A stretch of DNA of 64,000 nt from assembly GCA_934168205.1 (NCBI GenBank), contig CAKPMX010000001.1:4799-68798 (forward strand), in the 5' to 3' direction. Below are positions 1-9,256 of this stretch, piece after piece (positions within the stretch are counted from its first letter, which is position 1; each line of letters starts with the position of its first letter). This stretch comes from an uncultured Bacilli bacterium (lineage in GTDB: Bacteria > Bacillota_I > Bacilli_A > RF39 > UBA660). Below the pieces are notes generated by a model. It worked only from the letters and a program-made list of their open reading frames with translations. It had not been told where the DNA came from and ran no database searches. A program made the position numbers and the translations under genes.

Positions 1-424
1 TTTAGTTCATAAAGCTCAACTTGGCTACGAAAAAAAAGATATCGTTGCCGGACTTTGTAGAAGTATAGCCTTAAACTACTTAAATAACGTTGCGAAAGGC
101 AAAAAAATTGAAGGACCAGTGATCTTTCAAGGTGGGGTTTCAAAAAATATCGGCGTGAAAAAAGCCTTTGAAGAAATACTACAAACAGAAGTGATAACCG
201 ATCCAGCTGGACACTTACTAGGTGCCTTAGGAGTAGCCATACTATCCAAAAAAGAAAAAGAAATAGATTTCTCATTTGATATAGTCGAAAATATTTTTAA
301 AACCGAAAGCCACAACTGTCCAGGCTGTCCAAACAACTGTGAAATAATAACCGTAAAAAGAAATGAACATCTAATAGATTCCTGGGGCAACCGTTGTGAA
401 AGAGGCAAAGTAAAAATAAGCTAA
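1..424 (+). CDS. C-terminal fragment of a CoA-substrate-specific enzyme activase-like ATPase (BadF/BadG/BcrA/BcrD family); the 5' end lies outside the window
   Basis: The ORF runs in from the window edge. The GGVSKN...GALGVA motif is typical of the activase ATPase C-terminus, and a CPGCPNNC cysteine cluster follows. Confidence 0.45.
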   Translation, partial: LVHKAQLGYEKKDIVAGLCRSIALNYLNNVAKGKKIEGPVIFQGGVSKNIGVKKAFEEILQTEVITDPAGHLLGALGVAILSKKEKEIDFSFDIVENIFKTESHNCPGCPNNCEIITVKRNEHLIDSWGNRCERGKVKIS

Positions 425-444
425 AAAAGATAAGACCAAAAATC

Positions 445-2031
445 TTATCTTTTACTTTCTATATATTCCTCATATGGAACACATCTATCTATAATAGAAC
501 CATCATCTAATATCTCAATAACACGATTAGTAACAGTACTATTAAGTTCATAATCACGAGAAGTAAATAATACTTCACCTTGGAAATTAATTAATCCTTT
601 ATTTAAAGATGTAATACTTTCCAAATCTAAATGGTTAGTAGGTTCATCTAATATTAAGAAGTTAGGTCCTTCTAACATTAATTTAGATAACATACAACGC
701 ATCTTTTCTCCACCTGATAAAACAGATACCTTTTTAAATACATCATCACCAGAGAATAACATTCTACCTAAGAATCCACGAAGAACTGTTTCATCCTTAA
801 TATCATAATATTGCCCTATCCATTCCATAATGTTCTTATCAACATTGAAATACTCTGTATTATCTTGAGGCAAATAAGCATAATTAATTGTCTTACCAAA
901 TTCTATAGTACCAGCATCATATTTTTCTTTACCAGTTAAAATATTAAATAAAGTTGTTTTAACCATGTCATTATTCGCAATAAAAGTAATTTTATCTCCT
1001 TTAAGAACTGTAAATGATACTTTATTTAAAATCTTTTTACCATCAACCATTTTAGTAAGATTTTCTACTTTTAATATTTCTTTACCAGCCGGTTTTTCAA
1101 TTTTAAAATCTATATAAGGATACTTTCTAGAAGAAGGTACAATTTCATCAAGTTGAATCTTATCTAACATTTTCTTTCTAGAAGTCGCTTGTTTTGACTT
1201 AGAAGCATTGGCTGAGAATCTCGCAATAAATGCTTGTAACTCTTTAATTTTTTCTTCCTTTTTCTTATTAGATTCACGCATTTGTTTTTGTAACAATTCA
1301 GATGACTCATACCAGAAATCATAGTTACCAACATATAGCTTAATCTTACCATAATCAATATCAGCAATATGTGTACAAACCTTATTTAAGAAATGTCTAT
1401 CATGAGATACAAGAATAACTGTATTATTAAAGTTTATTAAAAACTCCTCTAACCAGCGAATAGCATCTAAATCCAAACTGTTTGTAGGTTCATCCAAAAG
1501 TAAAATATCTGGATTACCAAATAAAGCTTGAGCAAGTAAAACTTTTACACGGTCCTTAACAGGAAGCTCACTCATTAAAACATAATGATATTTTTCATCT
1601 ATTCCTAAATTATTTAAAAGTGTACAAGCATCAGACTCAGCATTCCATCCATCTAAATCCATAAATTCAGCTTCTAAATTAGCTAATTTCATACCATCTT
1701 CTTCACTGAACTCAGTTTGCTCATACATCTTATTCTTTTCTTCCATGATTTTATAAAGTTTATCATTACCCATGATTACAACATCAATAACTCTATTATT
1801 ATCATATTGATAATGATCCTGTCTTAAAATAGAAAGTCTCTCATTTTTAGATATAACTATCTCTCCTGTTGTAGTTTCTATCTCACCTGACAATAACTTT
1901 AAAAATGTAGATTTACCAGATCCATTCGCACCAATTAATCCATAACAATTACCATCAGTAAATTTAATATTAACATCTTCAAACAAAGTTCTCTTTCCAA
2001 ACTTTAAACTAACATTATTAACTTGAATCAT
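445..2031 (-). CDS. ABC-F family ATPase (tandem ABC ATP-binding domains, no transmembrane domain)
   Basis: 528 aa. Two Walker A motifs (GANGSGKST and a second P-loop), LSGGE signature sequences and an inter-domain linker give the ABC-F architecture. Confidence 0.85.
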   Translation of the reverse strand: MIQVNNVSLKFGKRTLFEDVNIKFTDGNCYGLIGANGSGKSTFLKLLSGEIETTTGEIVISKNERLSILRQDHYQYDNNRVIDVVIMGNDKLYKIMEEKNKMYEQTEFSEEDGMKLANLEAEFMDLDGWNAESDACTLLNNLGIDEKYHYVLMSELPVKDRVKVLLAQALFGNPDILLLDEPTNSLDLDAIRWLEEFLINFNNTVILVSHDRHFLNKVCTHIADIDYGKIKLYVGNYDFWYESSELLQKQMRESNKKKEEKIKELQAFIARFSANASKSKQATSRKKMLDKIQLDEIVPSSRKYPYIDFKIEKPAGKEILKVENLTKMVDGKKILNKVSFTVLKGDKITFIANNDMVKTTLFNILTGKEKYDAGTIEFGKTINYAYLPQDNTEYFNVDKNIMEWIGQYYDIKDETVLRGFLGRMLFSGDDVFKKVSVLSGGEKMRCMLSKLMLEGPNFLILDEPTNHLDLESITSLNKGLINFQGEVLFTSRDYELNSTVTNRVIEILDDGSIIDRCVPYEEYIESKR

Positions 2032-2125
2032 TATCTCACCTCAAACAAAGTATTTAAATATACACAAAAACTGTGTACTTGCATTTACCATTATACTATT
2101 TAATAAACATATAAGTCAAAGTAAA

Positions 2126-2743
2126 TTATTTTCCCTTATAAAAATGTGACACAGTCTTTGCAAATTCATATAAAATAATATCACTTTTATTAATTGCAAA
2201 ACCTTTACCTAAAGCTTTACCGCCAATAGTAAGAGCTGCAACTATTGCCGCTACAAATAATCCTGTAAATAATAAGCTCCAATTAAACTGATTAGCCAAA
2301 ATTGTCGCAATAGCTGTAGCGGCTGTACCAGAAATAATTCCACAAACATCACCTACAACATCACAACAAAAGTTAGATACTTTAGAAGCATTCTTCTTAA
2401 ATTTAACAGCAATATCAGCACCTGGTACTTTACGAGAATTCATCGAATGAAAAACTGTCTCATCACTACTAGTAACACTAACACCAATGATATCAAATAA
2501 TATACCTATACCTATAAATAACAAAGTAATAAGTATACCAAAAAACAATGATAAATTAGGTATTGTAACTTGTGAAACGTATGATAAACCAAATGACAAT
2601 GCAAATGCTATTAAAACTATTTTAAGTATCCATTTATACTCTGTTTTCTTTTTACTAATTTTTTCTCTTCTTTTAGTCTCAATGACTAATTCCTTAAATT
2701 CATCTCTTTCTAATTTTTTCTTATCTTTCATATAATACCTCAC
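2126..2743 (-). CDS. oapA: Small 4-TM membrane protein with a DxxxD motif (DVVGD); candidate OLE-associated protein A
   Basis: 205 aa with four predicted TM helices and a DVVGD motif inside TM3. It lies immediately downstream, on the same strand, of a roughly 600-nt ORF-free structured-looking region. Confidence 0.45.
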   Translation of the reverse strand: MRYYMKDKKKLERDEFKELVIETKRREKISKKKTEYKWILKIVLIAFALSFGLSYVSQVTIPNLSLFFGILITLLFIGIGILFDIIGVSVTSSDETVFHSMNSRKVPGADIAVKFKKNASKVSNFCCDVVGDVCGIISGTAATAIATILANQFNWSLLFTGLFVAAIVAALTIGGKALGKGFAINKSDIILYEFAKTVSHFYKGK

Positions 2744-2789
2744 TAATTTATTTATGAAAAAAATAGTATCCTAAAATACTATTTTAAAT

Positions 2790-3400
2790 TACTTAAACTA
2801 ATGGCTATTAACATAGTAAACTTTGAATCTTAGGTCAAGTAGGATTTCCCTCATGTCTATAAATCCGTTACCAGATTTATGGTTCCCCTTTAAAGATATG
2901 AGTATGACGTCACCGTTCATACGACTTGATTACCACTTAGTATCCACTGCAATCCTATGCTAACGGCACTCTAGGAGATTTCCCCACCAATAACACTTTA
3001 TTATTAGTTCTCTTTTGCAACAGCAATTTCATAAAGCAATACTTATTATATTTGGCCAAACATTAATAAGCAAGTTCTTTAATCCCAAGACCATCACTCA
3101 AGACAAGCTACGCTGTACATAACTTTCGCCACAATACAGGTTTTATCCCATTTCGTAATGAGTCCATCAGTTAACACGTATAGGCTCACCACAATAATAG
3201 GTCTCCACAAATACTGGGTCGTTTGTCGTATGCCATTACGAGCGCCCAACATTTTTCATCTCCAGCATCCACCCTAAACTGGGCGTATAAAGCAAACACC
3301 AGAGGTTTCACAGATATGCTCTTATAACGGTTGTTTAATCCCGTCTTCCTAATAAAGTGATTGACTAGAATAATGTGCCATCAATCAGTACATATTATAT
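2790..3400 (-). ncRNA. ole: Candidate OLE (ornate large extremophilic) RNA, about 600 nt
   Basis: 690 nt with no ORF and about 40% GC, against roughly 20% GC in other intergenic regions of this window. The size matches OLE at about 610 nt. It sits directly upstream, on the same strand, of an OapA-like 4-TM DxxxD protein. No tmRNA, RNase P or SRP signature motifs were found. Confidence 0.5.
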
Positions 3401-3433
3401 CATATGTAACTAAAAATGTCAAATTTACACTTT

Positions 3434-4117
3434 TTAACTATTTCTAATTTTCTCAACAAAACTATTAATTTTTGCAGGCCAAGAACTTCCTTCAGCATAT
3501 CTTGGTGCTATTTTTTCAACAGTATCTAAACCTTGACTATAATAGTTTTTATATAAGTTATTAACAAAACCAGTAATACCCTCTTCTAAACTATTAAATC
3601 TTTTATAACTACCACCATTACATCCCGGTGCACCTTTTTGTCCACCAACGTTGTAGCAACTTCTAGCTAAGTTTGAACATCTACTTCCACAACCAGTTTC
3701 ATGTAACATTATAGCTGTTGCGACATAAGGATCGATTCCAAGTTCAATACATTTAGTCGCAATAAAGTAACCTTGTCCAGCTAATATATCTGTACCTAAA
3801 TTTCTATCTAACTTCGCTGCCAACTCTTCTATTGTTAAACCATCAAACACTTCAATTCTAGGTGGAACAATAACAGATGCTGGTGCAGCTTCCATCTCAA
3901 TAGCTGTAATAGAAGAATTATCCTCGCGTAAATCTGATTCGCTATTATTAACTAGCGCATTTTCAGAAGCTGTTATATTATTTATATTTACTTCATTATA
4001 TGAATATGATAAATCATCATTAATCTCATAAGCTTTTTCTTGTAGTTTTATTCCCATTGAAACCATTAAAACAGATATTATTAGTAAGACAACACTAATA
4101 ATTTTTGTTTTTTTCAT
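3434..4117 (-). CDS. Secreted peptidoglycan hydrolase with a mannosyl-glycoprotein endo-beta-N-acetylglucosaminidase-like domain
   Basis: N-terminal signal anchor followed by a C-terminal glucosaminidase-like domain (GYFIATKCIELGIDPYVATAIMLHETG). Confidence 0.55.
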   Translation of the reverse strand: MKKTKIISVVLLIISVLMVSMGIKLQEKAYEINDDLSYSYNEVNINNITASENALVNNSESDLREDNSSITAIEMEAAPASVIVPPRIEVFDGLTIEELAAKLDRNLGTDILAGQGYFIATKCIELGIDPYVATAIMLHETGCGSRCSNLARSCYNVGGQKGAPGCNGGSYKRFNSLEEGITGFVNNLYKNYYSQGLDTVEKIAPRYAEGSSWPAKINSFVEKIRNS

Positions 4118-4194
4118 TGAAATTCACCTCATCATTGAATAATAATCAATGTATCCATTTTACACTATTATACATAAAAAGTCAAATTTGAGCC

Positions 4195-5769
4195 CTAAGC
4201 ATGAATCCTAAAAGTACTAGGTGCATACTTATAAACAAGTTTTAAAGAAACTATAATATAAGCTCCTGTAAGTACAATTCCTAAGATAGAAAAATACAAT
4301 GAAGACATTACTAAATTAGATAAAATATAAGTCAAAACAAGTGTAATAAATGATACAAATGTATAAGAAATACCCTTTACCTGTAAGTCCTTATTATATG
4401 GTTGTAACAAATAATAAATAACTAAATAATGTACTGAGAAAAACACACTAAGTACAATAATAAATAATGGTATCATAATATAATTAATAACTAAACTGCC
4501 ATCAGTAGTAATACCAAGTAAAACTATAGAACCTATCGCAATAACTATAGCCGGCAACAAATTAATCTTAATTAACATCGTAAGTCTTTTCTTAAATAGT
4601 CCAAGTATAACATCAGGCTCTCTATAAAAATTATATCTAAGCATAGCATGATCACAATTATAAAACATTGCTTGAGTAACAACAGAACCTCTATTAATAA
4701 GATACATAATTAGTACAAACCAACCTAATCTATTAAGTAAAAAATCATGTATATTATTATAAATATCATTATTATAAAAAGATAAAACACCAAGTACAAT
4801 AATTATAATTAAGATAATCAAACTAAAATTCTTAGCACTTCTCATTAATATTTCTTTATGTCTTTCAAAAAATATTGTATTAAATAAATCATAGCCTTTC
4901 TTATCCTTTAATTTACGACCATCAATATTCTTATCTTTATCCTTAATTCTAATCATTTCTTGTCTAGCATACAAGTCACCAGCATCACTATTAATAGCAG
5001 CCTTAAAAGTATTTATTTTCTTATAAATAAGTTTATAATCTTTAATCCTCATTAAATATATATAACAAAATACACTAGCAAATAAAAATATAAATAAAGT
5101 CCAATAAATTACCATATCTGGTACAAAAATATTAAAGAAAGGTAAACTTCCTATCGCAAAAAACACTCCAATAACAACAAGTGTATGTCTATAATCAGTA
5201 GTAAATGTAATACCATGCTTCTTATAATAATAAACACTAAATGCATCTCCTACAATTCTAGCTGTTGTACTAAATAAAATAAGACATAAAGCTTCAAGAA
5301 CAGAATAATTTAAAAAACTAGATAACGTTAAAAATCCTAAAGAGTTCAATATGAATGATAAAAACAAAGTCCATATAAATGAAGCTTTCATAAACTTTTT
5401 AGCATCCATATTAAATAATATTATAGAAAAGTATTTTTTTGTACTAGTACTTAAAATACTAGGATTAATAAACATACCAATAAAAGTAAAAACAAAATAA
5501 ATAAATATAAAAGTTCTAGTAATATCATTTTTATTAATAAAACTACTAATATAATATATTACAAAGAAATAAAGTAATCTAAAAAATATAGCCCTACATG
5601 CCGACATTAAAATACTAAATGTTCTAGCAAACTTCTTAACTCTATCATTTTTATAAGCATTATCACCTATTATATTTTTTAATATCGGTAACTTTTTAAA
5701 TTGATAAATATTAGCATTTATAGCGTATGTTAAATCTATCTTTAAAGCCATTTTCAAAGTATTAAGCAT
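4195..5769 (-). CDS. Polytopic ABC transporter permease
   Basis: 524 aa with many TM helices. It overlaps the upstream ABC ATPase gene by 8 nt. Confidence 0.55.
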   Translation of the reverse strand: MLNTLKMALKIDLTYAINANIYQFKKLPILKNIIGDNAYKNDRVKKFARTFSILMSACRAIFFRLLYFFVIYYISSFINKNDITRTFIFIYFVFTFIGMFINPSILSTSTKKYFSIILFNMDAKKFMKASFIWTLFLSFILNSLGFLTLSSFLNYSVLEALCLILFSTTARIVGDAFSVYYYKKHGITFTTDYRHTLVVIGVFFAIGSLPFFNIFVPDMVIYWTLFIFLFASVFCYIYLMRIKDYKLIYKKINTFKAAINSDAGDLYARQEMIRIKDKDKNIDGRKLKDKKGYDLFNTIFFERHKEILMRSAKNFSLIILIIIIVLGVLSFYNNDIYNNIHDFLLNRLGWFVLIMYLINRGSVVTQAMFYNCDHAMLRYNFYREPDVILGLFKKRLTMLIKINLLPAIVIAIGSIVLLGITTDGSLVINYIMIPLFIIVLSVFFSVHYLVIYYLLQPYNKDLQVKGISYTFVSFITLVLTYILSNLVMSSLYFSILGIVLTGAYIIVSLKLVYKYAPSTFRIHA

Positions 5770-6487
5770 TTTTCTTATCCTTTAAGCTACTAATAATTTT
5801 ATCTTTATATTTTTTAGTATTTAAATTACTTTTCTCTATAAGTTCTAATTTACCATTATTCAATATAATAATTTCATCACATAAATCCATTGCTATTTCT
5901 AAAATATGTGTTGAAAATATAATAATATGTTTATTTTTCAATGATTTAAATAACTTTTTCATCTCATCTTGAACAACAACATCTAATGATGTCAATGGCT
6001 CATCTAATAAAATAACTCTAGGATGAGCAATAACATTTATAAGTATTTGCATCTTATTCTTCATACCATGAGAATAATCTTTTAATAACTTATCTTGATC
6101 TTCTCTACTTATTTGAACTAATGAAAAATAATCATCTACTGTTTTATCTTTATCAACTTTATCTTTATTTATTTCCATAAAAAACTCTAAGAATTCTCTT
6201 GCTGTTAAAAACTCTGGAACTATAGGAGTAGATACAACATAGCCAATATCATTTGTAGAAAGACTATTCTTACCATATTCATCTTCTAAATAAAAACTAC
6301 CAGAATCAATGTCAATATCAGAGTTTAACGAATTAAAAAATGTCGTTTTACCAGCACCATTACGACCAATAAGGCCATAAATTTTACCAGATTCAAATGA
6401 AAAATCTATATCATCTAAAACTAACTTTTCACCGTAACTTTTCTTTAAATTATTAACTTCAAGCTTCATCAACTTCACCTCACCCAA
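5762..6487 (-). CDS. ABC transporter ATP-binding protein
   Basis: Walker A (GRNGAGKTT), a signature motif and Walker B (ILLDEP). Confidence 0.85.
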   Translation of the reverse strand: MGEVKLMKLEVNNLKKSYGEKLVLDDIDFSFESGKIYGLIGRNGAGKTTFFNSLNSDIDIDSGSFYLEDEYGKNSLSTNDIGYVVSTPIVPEFLTAREFLEFFMEINKDKVDKDKTVDDYFSLVQISREDQDKLLKDYSHGMKNKMQILINVIAHPRVILLDEPLTSLDVVVQDEMKKLFKSLKNKHIIIFSTHILEIAMDLCDEIIILNNGKLELIEKSNLNTKKYKDKIISSLKDKKNA

Positions 6488-6530
6488 TATTATAGCAAGA
6501 AAAAAGAATAAATACTATTCATTTATTCTT

Positions 6531-7544
6531 CTAATCATTTAATCCTTTTTTAAAATTTTCTTGATAAAGATATGAATCTCGACACATCTCTTCTATACCA
6601 AGTTCTGCTTTCCAACCTAACTCTTCATAAGCCTTAGTAGGATCTGCATAACATGCATCTATATCACCAGCACGTCTGCCAACAATTTTATAAGGAACTT
6701 TTACATTATTAACCTTTTCATATGTTGTAACCAAATCTAAAACACTATAACCAGTACCAGTACCAAGATTATAATATTTAACACCAGGTTCCTCCATAGC
6801 TTTTTCAATAGCTTTTAAGTGACCTTTAGCTAAGTCAACTACGTGAATATAATCTCTAACTCCTGTACCATCATGAGTATTATAATCATTACCAAATACA
6901 TTTAAACACTCTAATTCGCCAGCCGCAACCTTAACAATATAAGGCATTAAGTTATTAGGAATACCTTTAGGATCCTCACCAATTAAAGCTGAATGATGTG
7001 CACCAATTGGATTAAAATAACGTAATATTATTACAGAGAATTTATCATCTGAAATACTAACATCTTTTAAAATTCCTTCATTATACAACTTAGTTGAACC
7101 ATATGGATTAGTTGTAGATAAAGGAAAATCTTCCTTAATAGGTAAAGCTTTAGGTGAACCATAAACTGTTGCACTAGATGAGAATACAAATGCATTAACT
7201 TTATGTCTCTTCATGACTTTACAAAGTTTAATTGTTGAAGTTAAGTTATTTTCATAATAATTCAAAGGTAACTTAACAGATTCACCAACTGCTTTATATG
7301 CTGCAAAATGAATAACTGCATCTATCTTATTTTCAGAAAAAATCTTTTCTAGAGCATCTTCATCACAAACATCATTCTCATAAAACTTAAAAGTCTTACC
7401 AGTAATCTTCTCTATTCTATCTTTAACACTAATATCTGAATTATATAAATTGTCAACAACAACAATGTCATAACCAGCATCAAGTAACTCAACACATGTA
7501 TGACTCCCAATATAGCCTAAGCCCCCAGTAACTAAAATTTTCAT
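6531..7544 (-). CDS. galE: UDP-glucose 4-epimerase
   Basis: MKILVTGGLGYIGSH Rossmann motif and a YxxxK catalytic motif. Full-length similarity to GalE. Confidence 0.9.
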   Translation of the reverse strand: MKILVTGGLGYIGSHTCVELLDAGYDIVVVDNLYNSDISVKDRIEKITGKTFKFYENDVCDEDALEKIFSENKIDAVIHFAAYKAVGESVKLPLNYYENNLTSTIKLCKVMKRHKVNAFVFSSSATVYGSPKALPIKEDFPLSTTNPYGSTKLYNEGILKDVSISDDKFSVIILRYFNPIGAHHSALIGEDPKGIPNNLMPYIVKVAAGELECLNVFGNDYNTHDGTGVRDYIHVVDLAKGHLKAIEKAMEEPGVKYYNLGTGTGYSVLDLVTTYEKVNNVKVPYKIVGRRAGDIDACYADPTKAYEELGWKAELGIEEMCRDSYLYQENFKKGLND

Positions 7545-8065
7545 TATAAAACACCTCCAAATAAATAGTTATATTCTTCTAATGCTAAAAGCATCTCTCT
7601 GCCTATGCTTACATCTATTGTACCATTTTCTAAACAATTGTGCAAAAAATGTTCCAAATCATCAATATGTACATAAAAAAGCCCAAATTCAGACTGTCTT
7701 TCAAGTTCATCATAATTAGTTTCTTCTAAATTAGGAGTATCATCACTTAATACCCTATAATAAAATATTCTATTACAGACATTTTTATCAGAACCAAAGT
7801 ATCTTTTTGCATAAGTAACTATTTCCATAAAAGGACCAGATACATCTTTTATACCAATACCAGTCTCTTCTTTTATTTCTCTAATTAATGCCTCTTCCTT
7901 GTCTTCATCAAGTTCAACATGTCCTCCCGGAAACTGATAAGTATTATTATTAAAAGCTATTAAAACTTCATTCTTACTATTAACAACAAGTCCTTTAACT
8001 CTAATAACTTCATAATCTAAATCTTCAATTTCTAAATTATCATCATTTATAAATATTTTCTTCAT
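7544..8065 (-). CDS. NUDIX hydrolase
   Basis: Nudix box GGHVELDEDKEEALIREIKEETGI. Confidence 0.75.
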   Translation of the reverse strand: MKKIFINDDNLEIEDLDYEVIRVKGLVVNSKNEVLIAFNNNTYQFPGGHVELDEDKEEALIREIKEETGIGIKDVSGPFMEIVTYAKRYFGSDKNVCNRIFYYRVLSDDTPNLEETNYDELERQSEFGLFYVHIDDLEHFLHNCLENGTIDVSIGREMLLALEEYNYLFGGVL

Positions 8066-8076
8066 ATAATTCCCTT

Positions 8077-9174
8077 CTAGTAAACATATCTCTCCCAGTA
8101 ATCAATAACTTCAGGAGTAACAGTATTAAAATAAGTATCTATCATTCTTGATAAGTAATCAGATTTCTGCCATATTGGATATCCATGTGAATCAAAACAA
8201 CTATATCTTTTACTAGCCGTCATATATTCAAAGGTAGAAGCCCTGTCTTCACTTTGACTAACCTGTGCATAATTATTAACAAAGTATGAAGAAGCATTTC
8301 CTGTAACACTATAAGAATAATCTTTATTTTCACTACCATACGAAAAGTCAGCCGGATTAAAACTATTCCAAGAAGTGAACTTACCGCCAGATCTTTCAAT
8401 ATAGTATTCTATCGCATGTAAAACCTCATGATGAAAACTCTCATCAAAAGGAAAATCCATTGCTATAGAAATATTAATCCTCTTAAATGAAGTATCCGTA
8501 ACACCCGTAACATTATTAGCACTATAATTCTTTATAAGATAAACATTTACATTTATATTTTTATTTAAAAACTCTTGAAAAAATCCTACTGGATATGTTG
8601 CTAAAGCATCATTAAGTTGTGTTAAAGCAGAAGAAATAGAAGAATCAGGTATAACTGTTGTACTCATACCACCAACATTATAACCAGATGTTTCATTACC
8701 ATAGAAAACTTTTACACCATAAGTATCTTCAATACTCTTTCTAAAAACTACATTCTGATCAACAACAGGAGCTGGCTCTGGCTCTGGCTCAGGTGCGGGA
8801 CTAGGACCAGGAGTTGAATTGGTATTAGTACCAGAAGTATTACCAGTACTACCTGTATTACCAGATGTAGTTGTATTATTAGGAACTGTAGTACCAGAAG
8901 AAGTTGAATCATTAGGAACTACAGTAGTATTATCATTATTATCCGTTTTATTAGGATTAGAATCATCATTATCGTTTGTTGTTGCTGGAGGCATACCATC
9001 ATCAGTAGTAATTATAACACCATCATTATCTGGAGTAGTAACATCGGAAACAGGATCAATAATAGGTTTAGTTTCTTGAAGATTCAAGTAAACACCAGAG
9101 CCAATTAAAATGACTGAACAAAAAATCATAACTCTTGCCAAAATAATACGTGATTTATTACTCATATGACTCAA
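8077..9174 (-). CDS. Secreted protein with a T/N/S-rich region, a PEPEPEPAP linker and a C-terminal HExxH putative Zn-metallopeptidase domain
   Basis: Signal anchor, low-complexity segment, and an HEVLH motif in the C-terminal globular domain. Confidence 0.45.
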   Translation of the reverse strand: MSHMSNKSRIILARVMIFCSVILIGSGVYLNLQETKPIIDPVSDVTTPDNDGVIITTDDGMPPATTNDNDDSNPNKTDNNDNTTVVPNDSTSSGTTVPNNTTTSGNTGSTGNTSGTNTNSTPGPSPAPEPEPEPAPVVDQNVVFRKSIEDTYGVKVFYGNETSGYNVGGMSTTVIPDSSISSALTQLNDALATYPVGFFQEFLNKNINVNVYLIKNYSANNVTGVTDTSFKRINISIAMDFPFDESFHHEVLHAIEYYIERSGGKFTSWNSFNPADFSYGSENKDYSYSVTGNASSYFVNNYAQVSQSEDRASTFEYMTASKRYSCFDSHGYPIWQKSDYLSRMIDTYFNTVTPEVIDYWERYVY

Positions 9175-9256
9175 TCCTCCACTATAATTTGATTATAGCA
9201 AATACCCATAAAAAAAGCCAGCAAAAGCCGACTCTTTACAATTACATAAGTAAACT

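Noticed and set aside
127-408. Antisense or overlapping ORFs in the six-frame track (127..408, 1164..1367, 2487..2735, 8819..9079, 10130..10525, 12502..12714, 12940..13152, 13561..13770, 14361..14627, 15189..15817, 18208..18441, 22334..22681, 23741..24025, 28707..29009, 34316..34645, 34940..35170, 37538..37786, 40065..40310, 40947..41315, 42270..42542, 46023..46208, 48505..48849, 51189..51437, 52079..52300, 55864..56300, 57384..57659, 59845..60072, 61912..62121)
   Set aside because: Each lies inside and opposite a longer ORF with clear family signatures, or overlaps one out of frame. The translations are low-complexity and typical of AT-rich reverse frames. None has a convincing RBS.
2744-3433. 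Alternative identities for the ORF-free structured region: tmRNA, RNase P RNA, SRP RNA, ROOL or GOLLD
   Set aside because: None of these fits:
- tmRNA: there is no tRNA-like 3' end (GGUUCGAxUCC...CCA) and no tag-ORF motif on either strand.
- RNase P: there is no GGAAAGUCC-like P4 motif.
- The region is far too long for SRP or 6S RNA.
- ROOL and GOLLD are usually phage-associated and are not paired with an OapA-like gene.

OLE remains the best fit but is unconfirmed.
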